DNA of 64,000 bases from an uncultured Planctomycetota bacterium (GTDB taxonomy: Bacteria > Planctomycetota > Planctomycetia > Gemmatales > Gemmataceae): the NCBI GenBank assembly GCA_963849325.1, contig CAWKHF010000009.1:32001-96000 (forward strand), read 5' to 3'. Both the position numbers and the translations under genes were made by a program. The notes beneath the pieces were generated by a model that worked only from the letters and a program-made list of their open reading frames with translations, searched no databases and was not told the origin of the DNA. Below are positions 20,824 through 36,691 of this stretch, in pieces (the first letter of the stretch is position 1; every line of letters begins with the position of its first letter).

Positions 20824-20896
20824 TCTTGGCGAACGGCCGGCGTCAGCCGGCTGGTGTTCGTTCCACCATCCGGCTGACGCCGGCCGTTCGCCAAGA
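20824..20896. repeat. Long palindromic repeat (family C) downstream of ppdK
   Basis: tcttggcgaacggccggcgtcagccgg...ccggctgacgccggccgttcgccaaga, 27-bp perfect arms. Confidence 0.88.
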
Positions 20897-20899
20897 TAC

Positions 20900-23646
<2,747 letters not shown>

Positions 23647-23818
23647 GCTAACCGGCCTCACAGGGGTCCCGCGACGACGTTCGTGTCGTCGCCGTAACGT
23701 CAGTACATTGCAGGCAATGTACGGATTGCGTCGGGCAGCGTCCAAGCCTCCGCGGCTTCGCATTCCCACGGCATCCCGCTAAGATGACCGGAGCCATTAC
23801 GCCCCGAGGAGGACGGAC

Positions 23819-24136
23819 ATGGGAGTGACCGTTTGTCTGCCGCTGTTCGGCCCGCCGGGCCGCGAGTTGGAAGAGGGTTTGGACGTCAAAGGCGTGCAGC
23901 TCCGCAAGCTGGCGGCCGAACTGCAAGAGAGGCTGGGCAAGGCCGCCGACACGTTGGAGAAGCTGCACGCGGCCGGCTGGTCGGCGCGGGTGGCGATGTA
24001 TGACGTGATCCTGACCCGATCCGGAGTCGAGACGAAGGAGGAGGCCGAGCGCCGCTTGCGCGAGTTGACCTTCAACTCGGAAGACTTCCTCATCATGGAG
24101 GACGTGGAGGAGGAAGAGGATACCGGACATGCCTAG
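23819..24136 (+). CDS. Hypothetical protein with acidic C-terminus
   Basis: GAGGAGG RBS, ATG, 105-aa ORF with typical codon bias. Confidence 0.7.
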   Translation: MGVTVCLPLFGPPGRELEEGLDVKGVQLRKLAAELQERLGKAADTLEKLHAAGWSARVAMYDVILTRSGVETKEEAERRLRELTFNSEDFLIMEDVEEEEDTGHA

Positions 24137-24158
24137 TGCAAGATCCAGCGACGATTTT

Positions 24159-24212
24159 TCGGAGCCGGAAGCGTACGCGAAGGAATGACTTCGCTTACGC
24201 TTCCGGCTCCGA
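24159..24212. repeat. Palindromic repeat (family D) between convergent genes
   Basis: tcggagccggaagcgta...tacgcttccggctccga. Confidence 0.85.
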
Positions 24213-24223
24213 GGATTTCGACC

Positions 24224-24640
24224 TTACTCTTCCGTCCTGCGGCGGAACGCCTTCGTAGCCGCTCGACGCCGTTTCGTCGCCAGGCGTCGCTCCTTCGCCC
24301 CGCGCGTCGGCTTCGTTTTCTTGCGAACCTTCGGCGGCGTCAACGCCTGCAACACTATCTGCCGCAGTTTCTCCAGGCAATCCTCGCGGTTGCGTTCCTG
24401 ATCGCGGTAGCGCTGCGAGGTCAGGAGCAGCTCGCCCTCACTCGTGATGCGGCGGCGCTGCTGCGTTTGCAGCCGGGCCTTGACATCGGCGGGCAGACTG
24501 GAACTGGCGACCAAGTCCCAGCGCAGCACGGCCTTGGAGGCGACCTTGTTGACGTTCTGGCCGCCTGGTCCGCCCGAACGAACGAAGCTCCAGGACAACT
24601 CCTCGTCGGGGATGTGGATGCGGTCATTGATATCGAGCAT
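24224..24640 (-). CDS. arfB: Alternative ribosome rescue peptidyl-tRNA hydrolase ArfB (YaeJ)
   Basis: FVRSGGPGGQNVNKVASKA, SQRYRDQERNR, basic tail RKKTKPTRGAKERRL. Confidence 0.93.
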   Translation of the reverse strand: MLDINDRIHIPDEELSWSFVRSGGPGGQNVNKVASKAVLRWDLVASSSLPADVKARLQTQQRRRITSEGELLLTSQRYRDQERNREDCLEKLRQIVLQALTPPKVRKKTKPTRGAKERRLATKRRRAATKAFRRRTEE

Positions 24641-24840
24641 GGCCAGCCTCTTCCGCACGTCGTCCTTCCACCGCACCTCTTGCCGATGGCGCGTTGGAGA
24701 GAGAACACTTCTACCGTACCTGACAACGACTCTCCGGTAAACCAAAGGGTTCGCAACCGGGGCGGCCAGGGGAAGAAGGCGCCTCGCGCCCCATCCTCAT
24801 CAGCCCCGCGTCCGCGGCGGATCGTTTGTCCGAGGTGAAG

Positions 24841-26086
24841 ATGAAAACCGTCAAGTTCATGAAGTCCCACGAGCAAATCTTGCGCGAGCAGGTCATCGAC
24901 GCCGAGCGCCCCGGCCCGGTGCTGCGGGACTTTCGCACCGTCCTGGATTTCGTGGGTGTCCAAGGCGTGAAGGCGGCGGGAAAGTACAACTTGCTGCCCA
25001 TCGAAGCGCTTGCGGAACTGGAGGGGCGGCTCAGCCGTCCGCTGCGCCTGGAACTGAAGCGGCCGCAGCTTCGCTCGCATCCGTACCTGTGGGGACTTCA
25101 CCTGTTGCTCCGCGCCAGCGGCCTCAGTCTTCTGCAAGGGACGGGCACGCAGACTCGTTTGGTCCTCGACCCGCCCCTGCTCGCCCAATGGCAACAGCTC
25201 AACCTCACGGAGCAGTATTTCACGCTGCTGGAAACGTGGCTGCGAATCGGCCGCGCGGAAATGGTCGGCGGACAAGGGAGGGGATCCTTCGGAGGGCTTC
25301 TGCTGCCGGTCCTGCAAAGCTGGCAATACCTACCGGCCAAGGGCGAGCGGTTCAACGTCGAGAAACCGCAACAGGTCTACTTTTCCCTGCTCGGCCGAGA
25401 GTTCTACCAACTGGCCCTGATGGACCTGTTTGGTCTCCTTGAAGTGGAACAACCGCCGCCGGGAGTTACGCCGTGGTGTCCAGCCGCCGTTCGGCCTGTA
25501 CCGTTCGGCGATGCTGTGTTGACGCTCCTGACGGAGCGAGTGCTCTCCTCGCTGGACGACTTTATCGCGGAGGACATTTCTCCGCAGCCTGCCGCGCTTC
25601 GGGGAGTGGCAGTCGATCTTCCAGCCCTATTTCCCCGAGTGGCGCGAGAACTTGCACAGTCAAGAGACCGCGCCGCGTCAAGGCACCTTTCTTTTCCGCG
25701 TGGCACTCGGCAAGGCCTGGCGACGCCTCGCTCTCCGCGCCAGCGCTACCGTCGATGACCTGGTGGCCTGGGTTCTGAAGTCGTTCAATTTCGATCGAGA
25801 CCATCTTTATGAATTGCTCTGCCGCGACCGCTTCGGCAGGACGATCCGCATTCTCCACCCGCACATGGAGGAAGAGGGCGAAGGGCCGTCGGGCGCGGCA
25901 GTCCGGCTCGGCGAGTTGCCGGTGGGGCCGGGGCAGTCGATGACCTTGGTGTACGATTTCGGCGACAACTGGCGGTTTGACGTTAAGCTGGAAGCCATCG
26001 AGCCGCCCGAGGTGAAAATCAAGCCGCCGCGAATCCTGGAGAGCCACGGCCGAGCACCGGAGCAGTATCCGGGTTGGGATGAGTGA
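24841..26086 (+). CDS. pRiA4b ORF-3-like family protein (frameshift near 25595)
   Basis: C-terminal WRRLAL...FNFDRDHLYE...LVYDFGDNWRFDVKLE...PRILESHGRAPEQY. Confidence 0.82.
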
Positions 26087-26184
26087 TAAATCCGCGCCGG
26101 CGGCCGCTTGACCGTGCCGGCCACGGGAACTATCGTCCAGTTGTGTTCGCGCCGTTATTTTGTCTTTTGTTCTCTGGGGGCAGC

Positions 26185-26793
26185 GTGTCGTACAGCGATT
26201 TCTCCTTGGAAGACATTAAAGAGCGGTTTAACCTGCAATTTAACGAGAAGGAGGATCTCTACGGCTCAATCCCTCCTGTCGAGATCAGCGCGCTGCTGCG
26301 CGAGACCCTCGCGGAAAGCGTACCCTTGGCTCTTGCCATCAGCACGGAAAAGGCGCGTGCGGAGTTGATTATTACCCCCGTCTTGCTGGAAGTCCGCCGT
26401 CAGGTGAAACCATCGGTCAGTCTGTTCTCCGGCGTGGACTTCACCGTCGATGCCGAGCAAGGACTACGCGGCGTGTGCGATTACTTGTTGAGCCGATCGC
26501 CGGAGCAACTGACCATTGAGGCGCCCGTGGTGGCGGTGGTCGAGGCCAAGAATGAGAACATGAAGGCGGGCATCGGCCAGTGCCTCGCCGAGTTGGTCGC
26601 CGTGCGGCTGTTCAATCAACGCAAGGGCCAGGATTTGCCGGCCGTGTATGGAGCGGTGACGACCGGCAACAATTGGAAGTTTCTGCGTCTTGCCGGCGAC
26701 ATGGCGAACGTGGACCTAGCCGAGTATCACATCAAAGAGGTCGGACGGGTGGTCGGCATCCTCGTGGCGATGCTCCAGGGAACGGCAGCCTGA
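26185..26793 (+). CDS. Restriction-endonuclease-fold hypothetical protein (HsdR N-terminal-like)
   Basis: MSYSDFSL, TEKARAELIITPVL, LRGVCDYLL, VVEAKNEN, GIGQCLAEL, YGAVTTGNNWKFL. Confidence 0.8.
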   Translation: MSYSDFSLEDIKERFNLQFNEKEDLYGSIPPVEISALLRETLAESVPLALAISTEKARAELIITPVLLEVRRQVKPSVSLFSGVDFTVDAEQGLRGVCDYLLSRSPEQLTIEAPVVAVVEAKNENMKAGIGQCLAELVAVRLFNQRKGQDLPAVYGAVTTGNNWKFLRLAGDMANVDLAEYHIKEVGRVVGILVAMLQGTAA

Positions 26794-26857
26794 CGCACAG
26801 CAGATCACGCATCAAATGGTCCCGACCGCCTCTTTACCTCCTACAGCTATTCCGTCC

Positions 26858-27331
26858 TTACTTCGCGTTCAGGACCAAGCCCAGTACCAGGGTGGATAGG
26901 AAAAGAAATCCCATTACGAAGCAAACGGCTTTCAGAATCTTCACGCCTTCGCTCGCCCGCGACTGCGGCGCTACGGCAACGGCCGGCGTGTCAGGCACGG
27001 GACAGTGGTTAGGCGAGGTGCGTTCCTCCGGAAGAGAAGGCGAAGTGCGAAGTTCTTTGTTCATCACGAAAAGACCGGCGCAGACGATCCCTAGGACGAA
27101 CCACTGGAGAGCCAGCCTGGGGCCGCAAATTTCCTAGCGGTCTTCCAGCCACTTGTTGGTGTGAGGATCCTTGAAAAGCCCGCCCGAGGGGGCGTCGAAC
27201 AGGAAACTGTATTGCACTTTCCCGGACCCTCGGTTAGCTCCCAGCCCCTGGTTGGCCCACGGCGGGAATACTACCATTGCGACGAAGAGGGCGAGACCCC
27301 AACCGACTATCTGCTTCTGGGTGCCATTCAT
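26858..27331 (-). pseudogene. Membrane protein interrupted by one in-frame TAG (27134-27136)
   Basis: MNGTQKQIVGWGLALFVAMVVFPPW...LEDR*EICGPRLALQWFVLGIVCAGLFVMNKE... continues in frame into ORF 26858..27067. Confidence 0.6.
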
Positions 27332-27444
27332 AAGCGTCTCGTGTTGAGCGTATGAGTTACCAGCCACTGGCACGCATTCTTTTGCGGCACCCAAAAAGTA
27401 GTTCAGAAACGCTTCGCGGTCAAAAGGCAGGGTTGACGGCCCGA

Positions 27445-27693
27445 TCACTCCTTCTCCAGGTCCGCAGCACGGACCCAATACGCAGTATCCCCAAACTGGA
27501 CATAGTAGAACGCCCGTTCCGGCGTGTTCAAGGGAATACTTCAGGCTTCGGGGCCACGGAGGATTCGACCTATCATGTCTGGTTCGAGCAGGAGATGCCT
27601 ACCGTCCTCATCCCAGCCCCCACGGCCATGTTCCCCGGTGTAGCGTACCCTGTCTCCGGTCTGGAACCGCGGATAAAGAAGTTCCTGATCCAT
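27445..27693 (-). pseudogene. Small SH3/KOW-like protein with one in-frame TGA (27541-27543)
   Basis: Not in the ORF track. AAGGAGG RBS; MDQELLYPRFQTGDRVRYTG...MIGRILRGPEA*SIPLNTPERAFYYVQFGDTAYWVRAADLEKE. Confidence 0.6.
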
Positions 27694-27815
27694 CTGTTGC
27701 CTCCTTTCCGGCTAGCGGTGTTGTCCGAGTTGTTTAAGGCATACTACAATACCTAGGGCAACGTGACGATGGAAGCCGGTTGTGACCGTGACGCAGGAAG
27801 GTGAAGGAATGCACG

Positions 27816-28175
27816 ATGAGGATGGGCACAGAGGCCGGCGCGGAGGCAACCTCTCCACCTCTACCGCCATCGATCCACGAGGCGGAGTTGGCATCCGGTC
27901 CATCGGGAGCAGTGGAATATGGGGCCGAGATCGACTTTGCCTCTGCCGTGGCGCGTCGCCGGATCGGAGGCAACGTGGTGGTGCGCGGCGATGATGTCGA
28001 TGCCAATCGCCGCCTCGCTGCCTCCATCGAATCCGCCGTGGGGCCGTGCCGCCGTGGCGAGCCTCACCGCAGCGCCGGTCCCCATGCCTTACCGCATTAC
28101 CAGCCGCAATCTCGGCCGCCGAACGGCCACACGTTCTACGAGACGACCCGGCGCAAAGCGAGGAAGTCGCCATGA
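27816..28175 (+). CDS. Small His-rich hypothetical protein, putative toxin/nuclease
   Basis: IHEAELASGPSGAVE...PHRSAGPHALPHYQ...GHTFYE plus basic tail; stop overlaps the next ATG (ATGA); start codon uncertain (27801/27816/27822). Confidence 0.68.
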   Translation: MRMGTEAGAEATSPPLPPSIHEAELASGPSGAVEYGAEIDFASAVARRRIGGNVVVRGDDVDANRRLAASIESAVGPCRRGEPHRSAGPHALPHYQPQSRPPNGHTFYETTRRKARKSP

Positions 28176-28711
28176 AATACTTCACCCCCGATCTGATTGC
28201 CCGCGGTCAGAGTGATGACAGTTGCGTCCTCAACGAAGTCGAAACGCTCTGGGACGAACGCTGCGAGCGTTACAACGCCTACCTGGCATCGATCCGAGAC
28301 GAGTTGTGTCCCGGTCTGCGGCACATCGAAGACAACTATTACCTGCACGATGCCAAGGTACGCGGCATGGGATGCCGGGATCGGACGTTCGTTGTTGTCC
28401 TCCAGCTCGACACGCCCCCGCATTCGTTGCTGACCTTCACCTACGATCTGGTCGAGCCGCCGCGGATCGATCCGCAGATCCTCCCCGAATCGGCTCGCTC
28501 GCAGGGAGACTTGGTGGAGTGGCAATACGATGAGATCGAGAAGGCACCCGGCGAAACGCCGACCTGGCGGCAAGCCATTCTGCTGAGCAACGGCTGGGAA
28601 ATCGCGCTCCACTTTCGAGACGTTAAGGTCGAGGAGATGCAGGCCATCCTGCCAGCACCGGGCCATAACGTCCTCTTGCTGCCGGGTGTCGGCCTGCCGC
28701 ACCCTGTCTGA
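28172..28711 (+). CDS. Acidic hypothetical protein, putative immunity/antitoxin
   Basis: MKYFTPDL...YLHDAKV...WQYDEIE...ILLSNGWEIALHFRDV; translationally coupled to the upstream gene. Confidence 0.72.
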   Translation: MKYFTPDLIARGQSDDSCVLNEVETLWDERCERYNAYLASIRDELCPGLRHIEDNYYLHDAKVRGMGCRDRTFVVVLQLDTPPHSLLTFTYDLVEPPRIDPQILPESARSQGDLVEWQYDEIEKAPGETPTWRQAILLSNGWEIALHFRDVKVEEMQAILPAPGHNVLLLPGVGLPHPV

Positions 28712-28783
28712 ACGGCGCGTCTCCCATAATATGAGGAGCAACCGACTACCGGGTCACGCACGACCGCGAGGAAGCTCCCACCC

Positions 28784-32226
<3,443 letters not shown>

Positions 32227-32263
32227 CGGTTGATGTTGAAAAGAAAGCGTCGTCTTTCCTCTC

Positions 32264-32326
32264 CGTTTAGCCGCGACGCGCAGCGGAGCGCGTTACCCGC
32301 GCTCCGCTGCGCGTCGCGGCTAAACG
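32264..32326. repeat. Long palindromic repeat (family E) between convergent carB and ADH
   Basis: cgtttagccgcgacgcgcagcggagcgcg ttacc cgcgctccgctgcgcgtcgcggctaaacg. Confidence 0.9.
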
Positions 32327-32350
32327 AGACACGGTCACCGGGCAGGTGTA

Positions 32351-33557
32351 TCAGAACGCCGCCCGCAAGATGCCTTCCAGATCATCCACCGTCACCGACC
32401 GCGGATTGACGCGCAGGATGCGCTGGATGCCGAACGCCTTCTCGGCGAACGGCCGCAGTTGCGATTCCGTCACGCCCAGGTCGCGCAGGCGCAGCGGGAT
32501 GCCGATGTCCCGACGCAGCTGCTCGACGGCGGCGATTGCCAGCTCGGCGGCGTCCGCCTCGCTCTTGCCGTCCACGTCGTCGCCGAGCAGGCGGGCGATG
32601 ACGGCGAGTTGAGGACGACGGGCCGGCAGGTTGTAGCGCATGACGAACGGCAGCAGCAGGCCGTTGCCGGCCCCGTGCGAGCAGTGCGTGGCGCCGCCGA
32701 CCGGGTACTCCAGGGCATGCACGACGGCGACGCCGACGTTGGAGAACGCCAGGCCGGCCAGCGTCGCGGCCAGGGCCATGCCCTCGCGGGCCTCGAGGTC
32801 GGAGCCGTGGGCGCACGGCCCGACGGAGATACTTGCCGACCAGGGCGATGGCCTTCTCGGCGAACAGGTCGCCGAAGGGATGGCGGCCCTGGTAGACGGA
32901 ACGCTCGCCGTGCGGCAGCGGGAAGACGGCGTTGTCCACGGCGGTGTACGCCTCGATGGCGTGCGTCAGGGCGTCGATGCCGCTGTCGGCCGTCACCTTC
33001 GGCGGACACGAGACGGTCAGCAGCGGATCGACCAGCGCCACGCTCGGCCGCAGATGGTTGCTGAGGATGCCGACCTTGATTTGTCGTTCGGTGTCGGTGA
33101 GCACGGACGCGGCGGACACTTCCGAGCCGGTGCCGGCCGTGGTCGGCAGGCACAACAGCGGCAGGACCGGGCCGGGAACCTTGTCGTCGCCGACGTAATC
33201 GAGCGGTTTGCCGCCGTGCGTCAGGACGACGGCGGTGATCTTGGCGAGGTCCATGTTGCTGCCGCCGCCGAGTCCGAGCACGGCGTCGGGCCGAAATTCG
33301 CGGCCGCGCGCGATCGCCGCCGCGGCGGCGCGCATGGACGGCTCCGGTTCGCCGCCGGAGAACACCTCGACCACGACGCCCGCTTCGCTGAGCGGAACGT
33401 GGACCGCTTCGACGAGTCCGGCCTTGACAAGAACGGGGTCGGTGACGAGCAGGACGCGGCGGATTCCGAGCCGGCCGGCGACGTCGCCGAGCTGCTGGGT
33501 GGCGTGCCGGCCGAAAATCAACTGGCCGGCGGAGTGGAACGTCCAGGTGGTGCGCAT
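32351..33557 (-). CDS. Iron-containing alcohol dehydrogenase family protein (frameshift near 32812)
   Basis: GLGGGSNMDLAK, PTTAGTGSEVS, DALTHAIEAY, VVHALEYP, HGAGNG. Confidence 0.92.
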
Positions 33558-33647
33558 GAAGTACCTCCGTAGGCAAGCAGGCGGTATTGTAACGCACACG
33601 CCGCCGAAGGATAGCGTACAATCGACAGCGACGAAGGGAGGAGCATC

Positions 33648-34187
33648 ATGGGCGTCAACCAGGTCGTTCGCATCGGCATTGTCACCGTGTCCGACCGGGC
33701 CAGTCGCGGCGAGTACCAGGATCTCGGCGGACCCGCCATCCGCGATTGCCTTGGCGAGATCCTTTCGTGTCCGTGGGAGCCGCTCCCGCGCGTTATCCCG
33801 GACGAACGGTCGCTCATCGAGGCGACCTTGAAAGAGTTGTGCGATAAGGAGAGCTGTTGCCTGGTAGTGACGACGGGCGGCACGGGGCCGGCGCGGCGCG
33901 ACGTGACGCCGGAGGCGACGGAAGCCGTCTGCGACAAGCTGCTCGACGGTTTCGGCGAACAGATGCGGGCCGTGTCGCTGAAGTTCGTGCCGACGGCGAT
34001 CTTGTCGCGGCAGATTGCCGGCGTCCGCGGTCATTCGCTCATCGTCAACTTGCCGGGCAAACCCAGCGCCATCCGCGATTGTCTGCTGGCGGTGTTCCCG
34101 GCCATCCCCTACTGCATCGATCTGATCGAGGGTCCGTACCTGACGACGAACGAGGCCGTCGTCAAGGCGTTTCGGCCGAAGAAATGA
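33648..34187 (+). CDS. mog: Molybdopterin adenylyltransferase
   Basis: IGIVTVSDRASRGEYQDLGGP, TTGGTGPARRDVTPEAT, NLPGKP, PAIPYCIDLI. Confidence 0.94.
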   Translation: MGVNQVVRIGIVTVSDRASRGEYQDLGGPAIRDCLGEILSCPWEPLPRVIPDERSLIEATLKELCDKESCCLVVTTGGTGPARRDVTPEATEAVCDKLLDGFGEQMRAVSLKFVPTAILSRQIAGVRGHSLIVNLPGKPSAIRDCLLAVFPAIPYCIDLIEGPYLTTNEAVVKAFRPKK

Positions 34188-34214
34188 ACGGAGGGCCGCT
34201 CGCGGTTTGTCGCC

Positions 34215-34906
34215 GTGGAAATCGATCTCAACTGCGACCTGGGCGAAGGCTGCCCGCACGACGCCGAGTTGATGCCGCTGATCACGTCGGCCAATGTCGC
34301 TTGCGGCTTTCACGCTGGCGACGCGGCCACGGCCCATGCCACGCTGAAGCTGGCGGCGCGCAAGGCGTTCAGGTCGGCGCCCATCCCGGCTTCGCCGACC
34401 GCGAACACTTCGGTCGCCGCGAATTGGCGCGGACGGAAGAGCAAATCTTCGAGGAGTGCGTGTACCAGATCGGCGCGTTGGCCGGTCTGTCTCGCGCTGC
34501 CGGCGTGTCGCTGTCCTATGTCAAGCCGCATGGGGCGCTGTACAACATGGCCTGCCGCGAGGACGCTTATGCCCGGCCGATTGTCGAGGCGGTGGCGCTG
34601 TTCGGGTTAGCACTGATGGCCCTGCCGGATTCGCGGCTGGAGTCGCTGAGTGGTGGGCGCTGTCCATTTATCCGTGAGGGCTTCGCGGATCGGCGCGATC
34701 TGTCGGATGGATCGCTCGTGCCGCGCGGGCGTCCGGATGCGTTCGTGGTGGAGCTGGCCGAGGCCGTGCAGCAGGCCGAACGACTGCTGCGCGACAAGGG
34801 AGTGCGCACACTCTGCGTCCACGGTGATAATCCGCAGGCGCTGGCATTTGTCCGCGAACTGCGCGATGTTTTGAGCCGATGTGGCTTCACAATTCGCAAG
34901 TTCTGA
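34215..34906 (+). CDS. pxpA: 5-oxoprolinase subunit A (LamB/YcsF) (frameshift near 34362)
   Basis: [58 protein letters not shown]. Confidence 0.92.
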
Positions 34907-34952
34907 AGAGAAGCATCGGCTAGGAAATGGAATGACGAGGGAGGAGCAGGAT

Positions 34953-35720
34953 ATGCGGAGGGTAATCCAGATCCTGATCGTAGTCCTGATCTTGCTGATG
35001 TGCGGAGGCATCGTTACTCTCTTCGTCGCCAAGGTACACGAAGCGGCCGCGCGCTCGCAATGCATCAATAACCTCAAGCAACTCGGCCTAGCGATCCTGA
35101 ACTACCACGATACCTACGCCGAGTTCCCCCAAGCAGCCATGCCGAAACCGGCACGGTGGCCGGACAGTCGCCAGAGCTGGATCGTTGCTATTGTGCCGTT
35201 CGTTGAAGCCAGTCCACTTTACAACAAAATGGATCACGAGAAAGCATGGGACGCCGAGGAAAACCGCTTCGCCGCCCTGTTGGTAGTTAAGTTTTTGCAA
35301 TGCCCAGCCTACCCGGAGCGTCCGCCGACGAGCACCTTCGCTCCGACGCACTATATCGGTATGGCCGGCATCGGGGACAGGGCCATCGATCTGCCGTTGG
35401 AAGACGGTCGCGCTGGCTTCTTCGGATATGAGAGGACCATCAAACGCGCGGATGTGGAAGGTCGTGCCGGTTCCCTCTTGATGCTCATTGAGACGAGCCG
35501 TGCGAGTGGTGCATGGACGGCCGCTGGACCACCGACGACGCGCGGACTGGACCCGAATAGATCGCCGTACATTGGGAGTGAGGGCCAGTTCGGCGGCAAC
35601 CATCCCCACGGTGCGAACGCCGTGTTCGCCGACGGCTCGGTTCGTTTCATCGAGCAATCCATCGCTCCGGCGGCGTTGGAGGCGATGGCCACCCTCAGCG
35701 GCAAAGGCAATCCGGAGTGA
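34953..35720 (+). CDS. DUF1559 family protein without canonical prepilin cleavage motif
   Basis: [51 protein letters not shown]. Confidence 0.88.
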   Translation: MRRVIQILIVVLILLMCGGIVTLFVAKVHEAAARSQCINNLKQLGLAILNYHDTYAEFPQAAMPKPARWPDSRQSWIVAIVPFVEASPLYNKMDHEKAWDAEENRFAALLVVKFLQCPAYPERPPTSTFAPTHYIGMAGIGDRAIDLPLEDGRAGFFGYERTIKRADVEGRAGSLLMLIETSRASGAWTAAGPPTTRGLDPNRSPYIGSEGQFGGNHPHGANAVFADGSVRFIEQSIAPAALEAMATLSGKGNPE

Positions 35721-36635
35721 CGCCATCGCCGCGCTCATCGTTTCCAACCCCGGCTTGTGTACGCTGGTCGTGGATCACGGCCGGCCGCGAACGCGCCGTC
35801 TCGGGGTACCGGTCGGCGGCGCCGCGGATCGCTTCGCCCTGGCGGTCGGCAACGCCTTGGTCGGCAATCCGCCCGACGCCGCCGCCCTGGAAATCGGCCT
35901 GAGCGGGCCGACGCTCGCGGCCGACGGCGAACTGGCCTGCGTTCTCTACGGCACTCCCTTCGAGATGATGCTGGGCGGTCTCGCCTGGGAAGTGGGCAAG
36001 ACCTTCACGCTGCATCGCGGCGAGGAACTGCGGATCGGCGGCACGCCGCGCGGCATGCGCGCCTACTTGTGCGTGCGCGGCGGCCTGCTGACGCCCATTC
36101 TCCTCGGCAGTCGCTCCAGCCTCGAACCGCTGCGGGCCGGCGCGAAACTGAACTGTCAAGCCGGTGTCATTCACGTCCGCCATTTCCAGCATGAATTTGA
36201 TTGGAACGCCGAGCCACGTCTGCTGCGCGTCGTGGACGGAGCGCAGGCCGATTGGTTTCGCGCGGACGAGTTCTATCGGCAAGAGTTCACGGTAACGCCA
36301 GCGAGCAACCGCATGGGGCTGCGCTTGCGGGGCGAGCCGCTGACGCTGCCGGAGTGTGAGTTGGTGTCCGAGCCGGTCTGTCCCGGCAGTGTCCAGACGA
36401 CGCGCGACGGGCAGTGCATAGTCCTCGGCGTGGATGGACAGACCATCGGCGGTTATCCCAAGATCGCCCAGGTCATCAGTGCCGACCTCGACAAACTGGC
36501 GCAGTTGCGCCGGGCGCGACGATCCGTTTTCGGTGTGTCAAGCAGGAAGAAGCCGAGGCGCTGTACCGGGCGAAGCAGGCCGAGTTGCGCGAATGGTGTA
36601 CCCGCCTGCGGACGGCGGAGGTATTCGCTTCATAA
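35717..36635 (+). CDS. pxpC: 5-oxoprolinase subunit C / allophanate hydrolase subunit 2 family (frameshifts near 35733 and 36510)
   Basis: GVPVGGAAD, NALVGNP, GMRAYLCVRGG, SNRMGLRL, QTIGGYPKIA. Confidence 0.88.
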
Positions 36636-36691
36636 GATGAAAGGTGGTCCGCCCCCACCCAAATGTTTACCCGTTATTTGAGATCCCTCAT

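Noticed and set aside
27352-27756. 134-aa plus-strand ORF
   Set aside because: No RBS or motif; the opposite strand has a strong RBS and an SH3-like frame.
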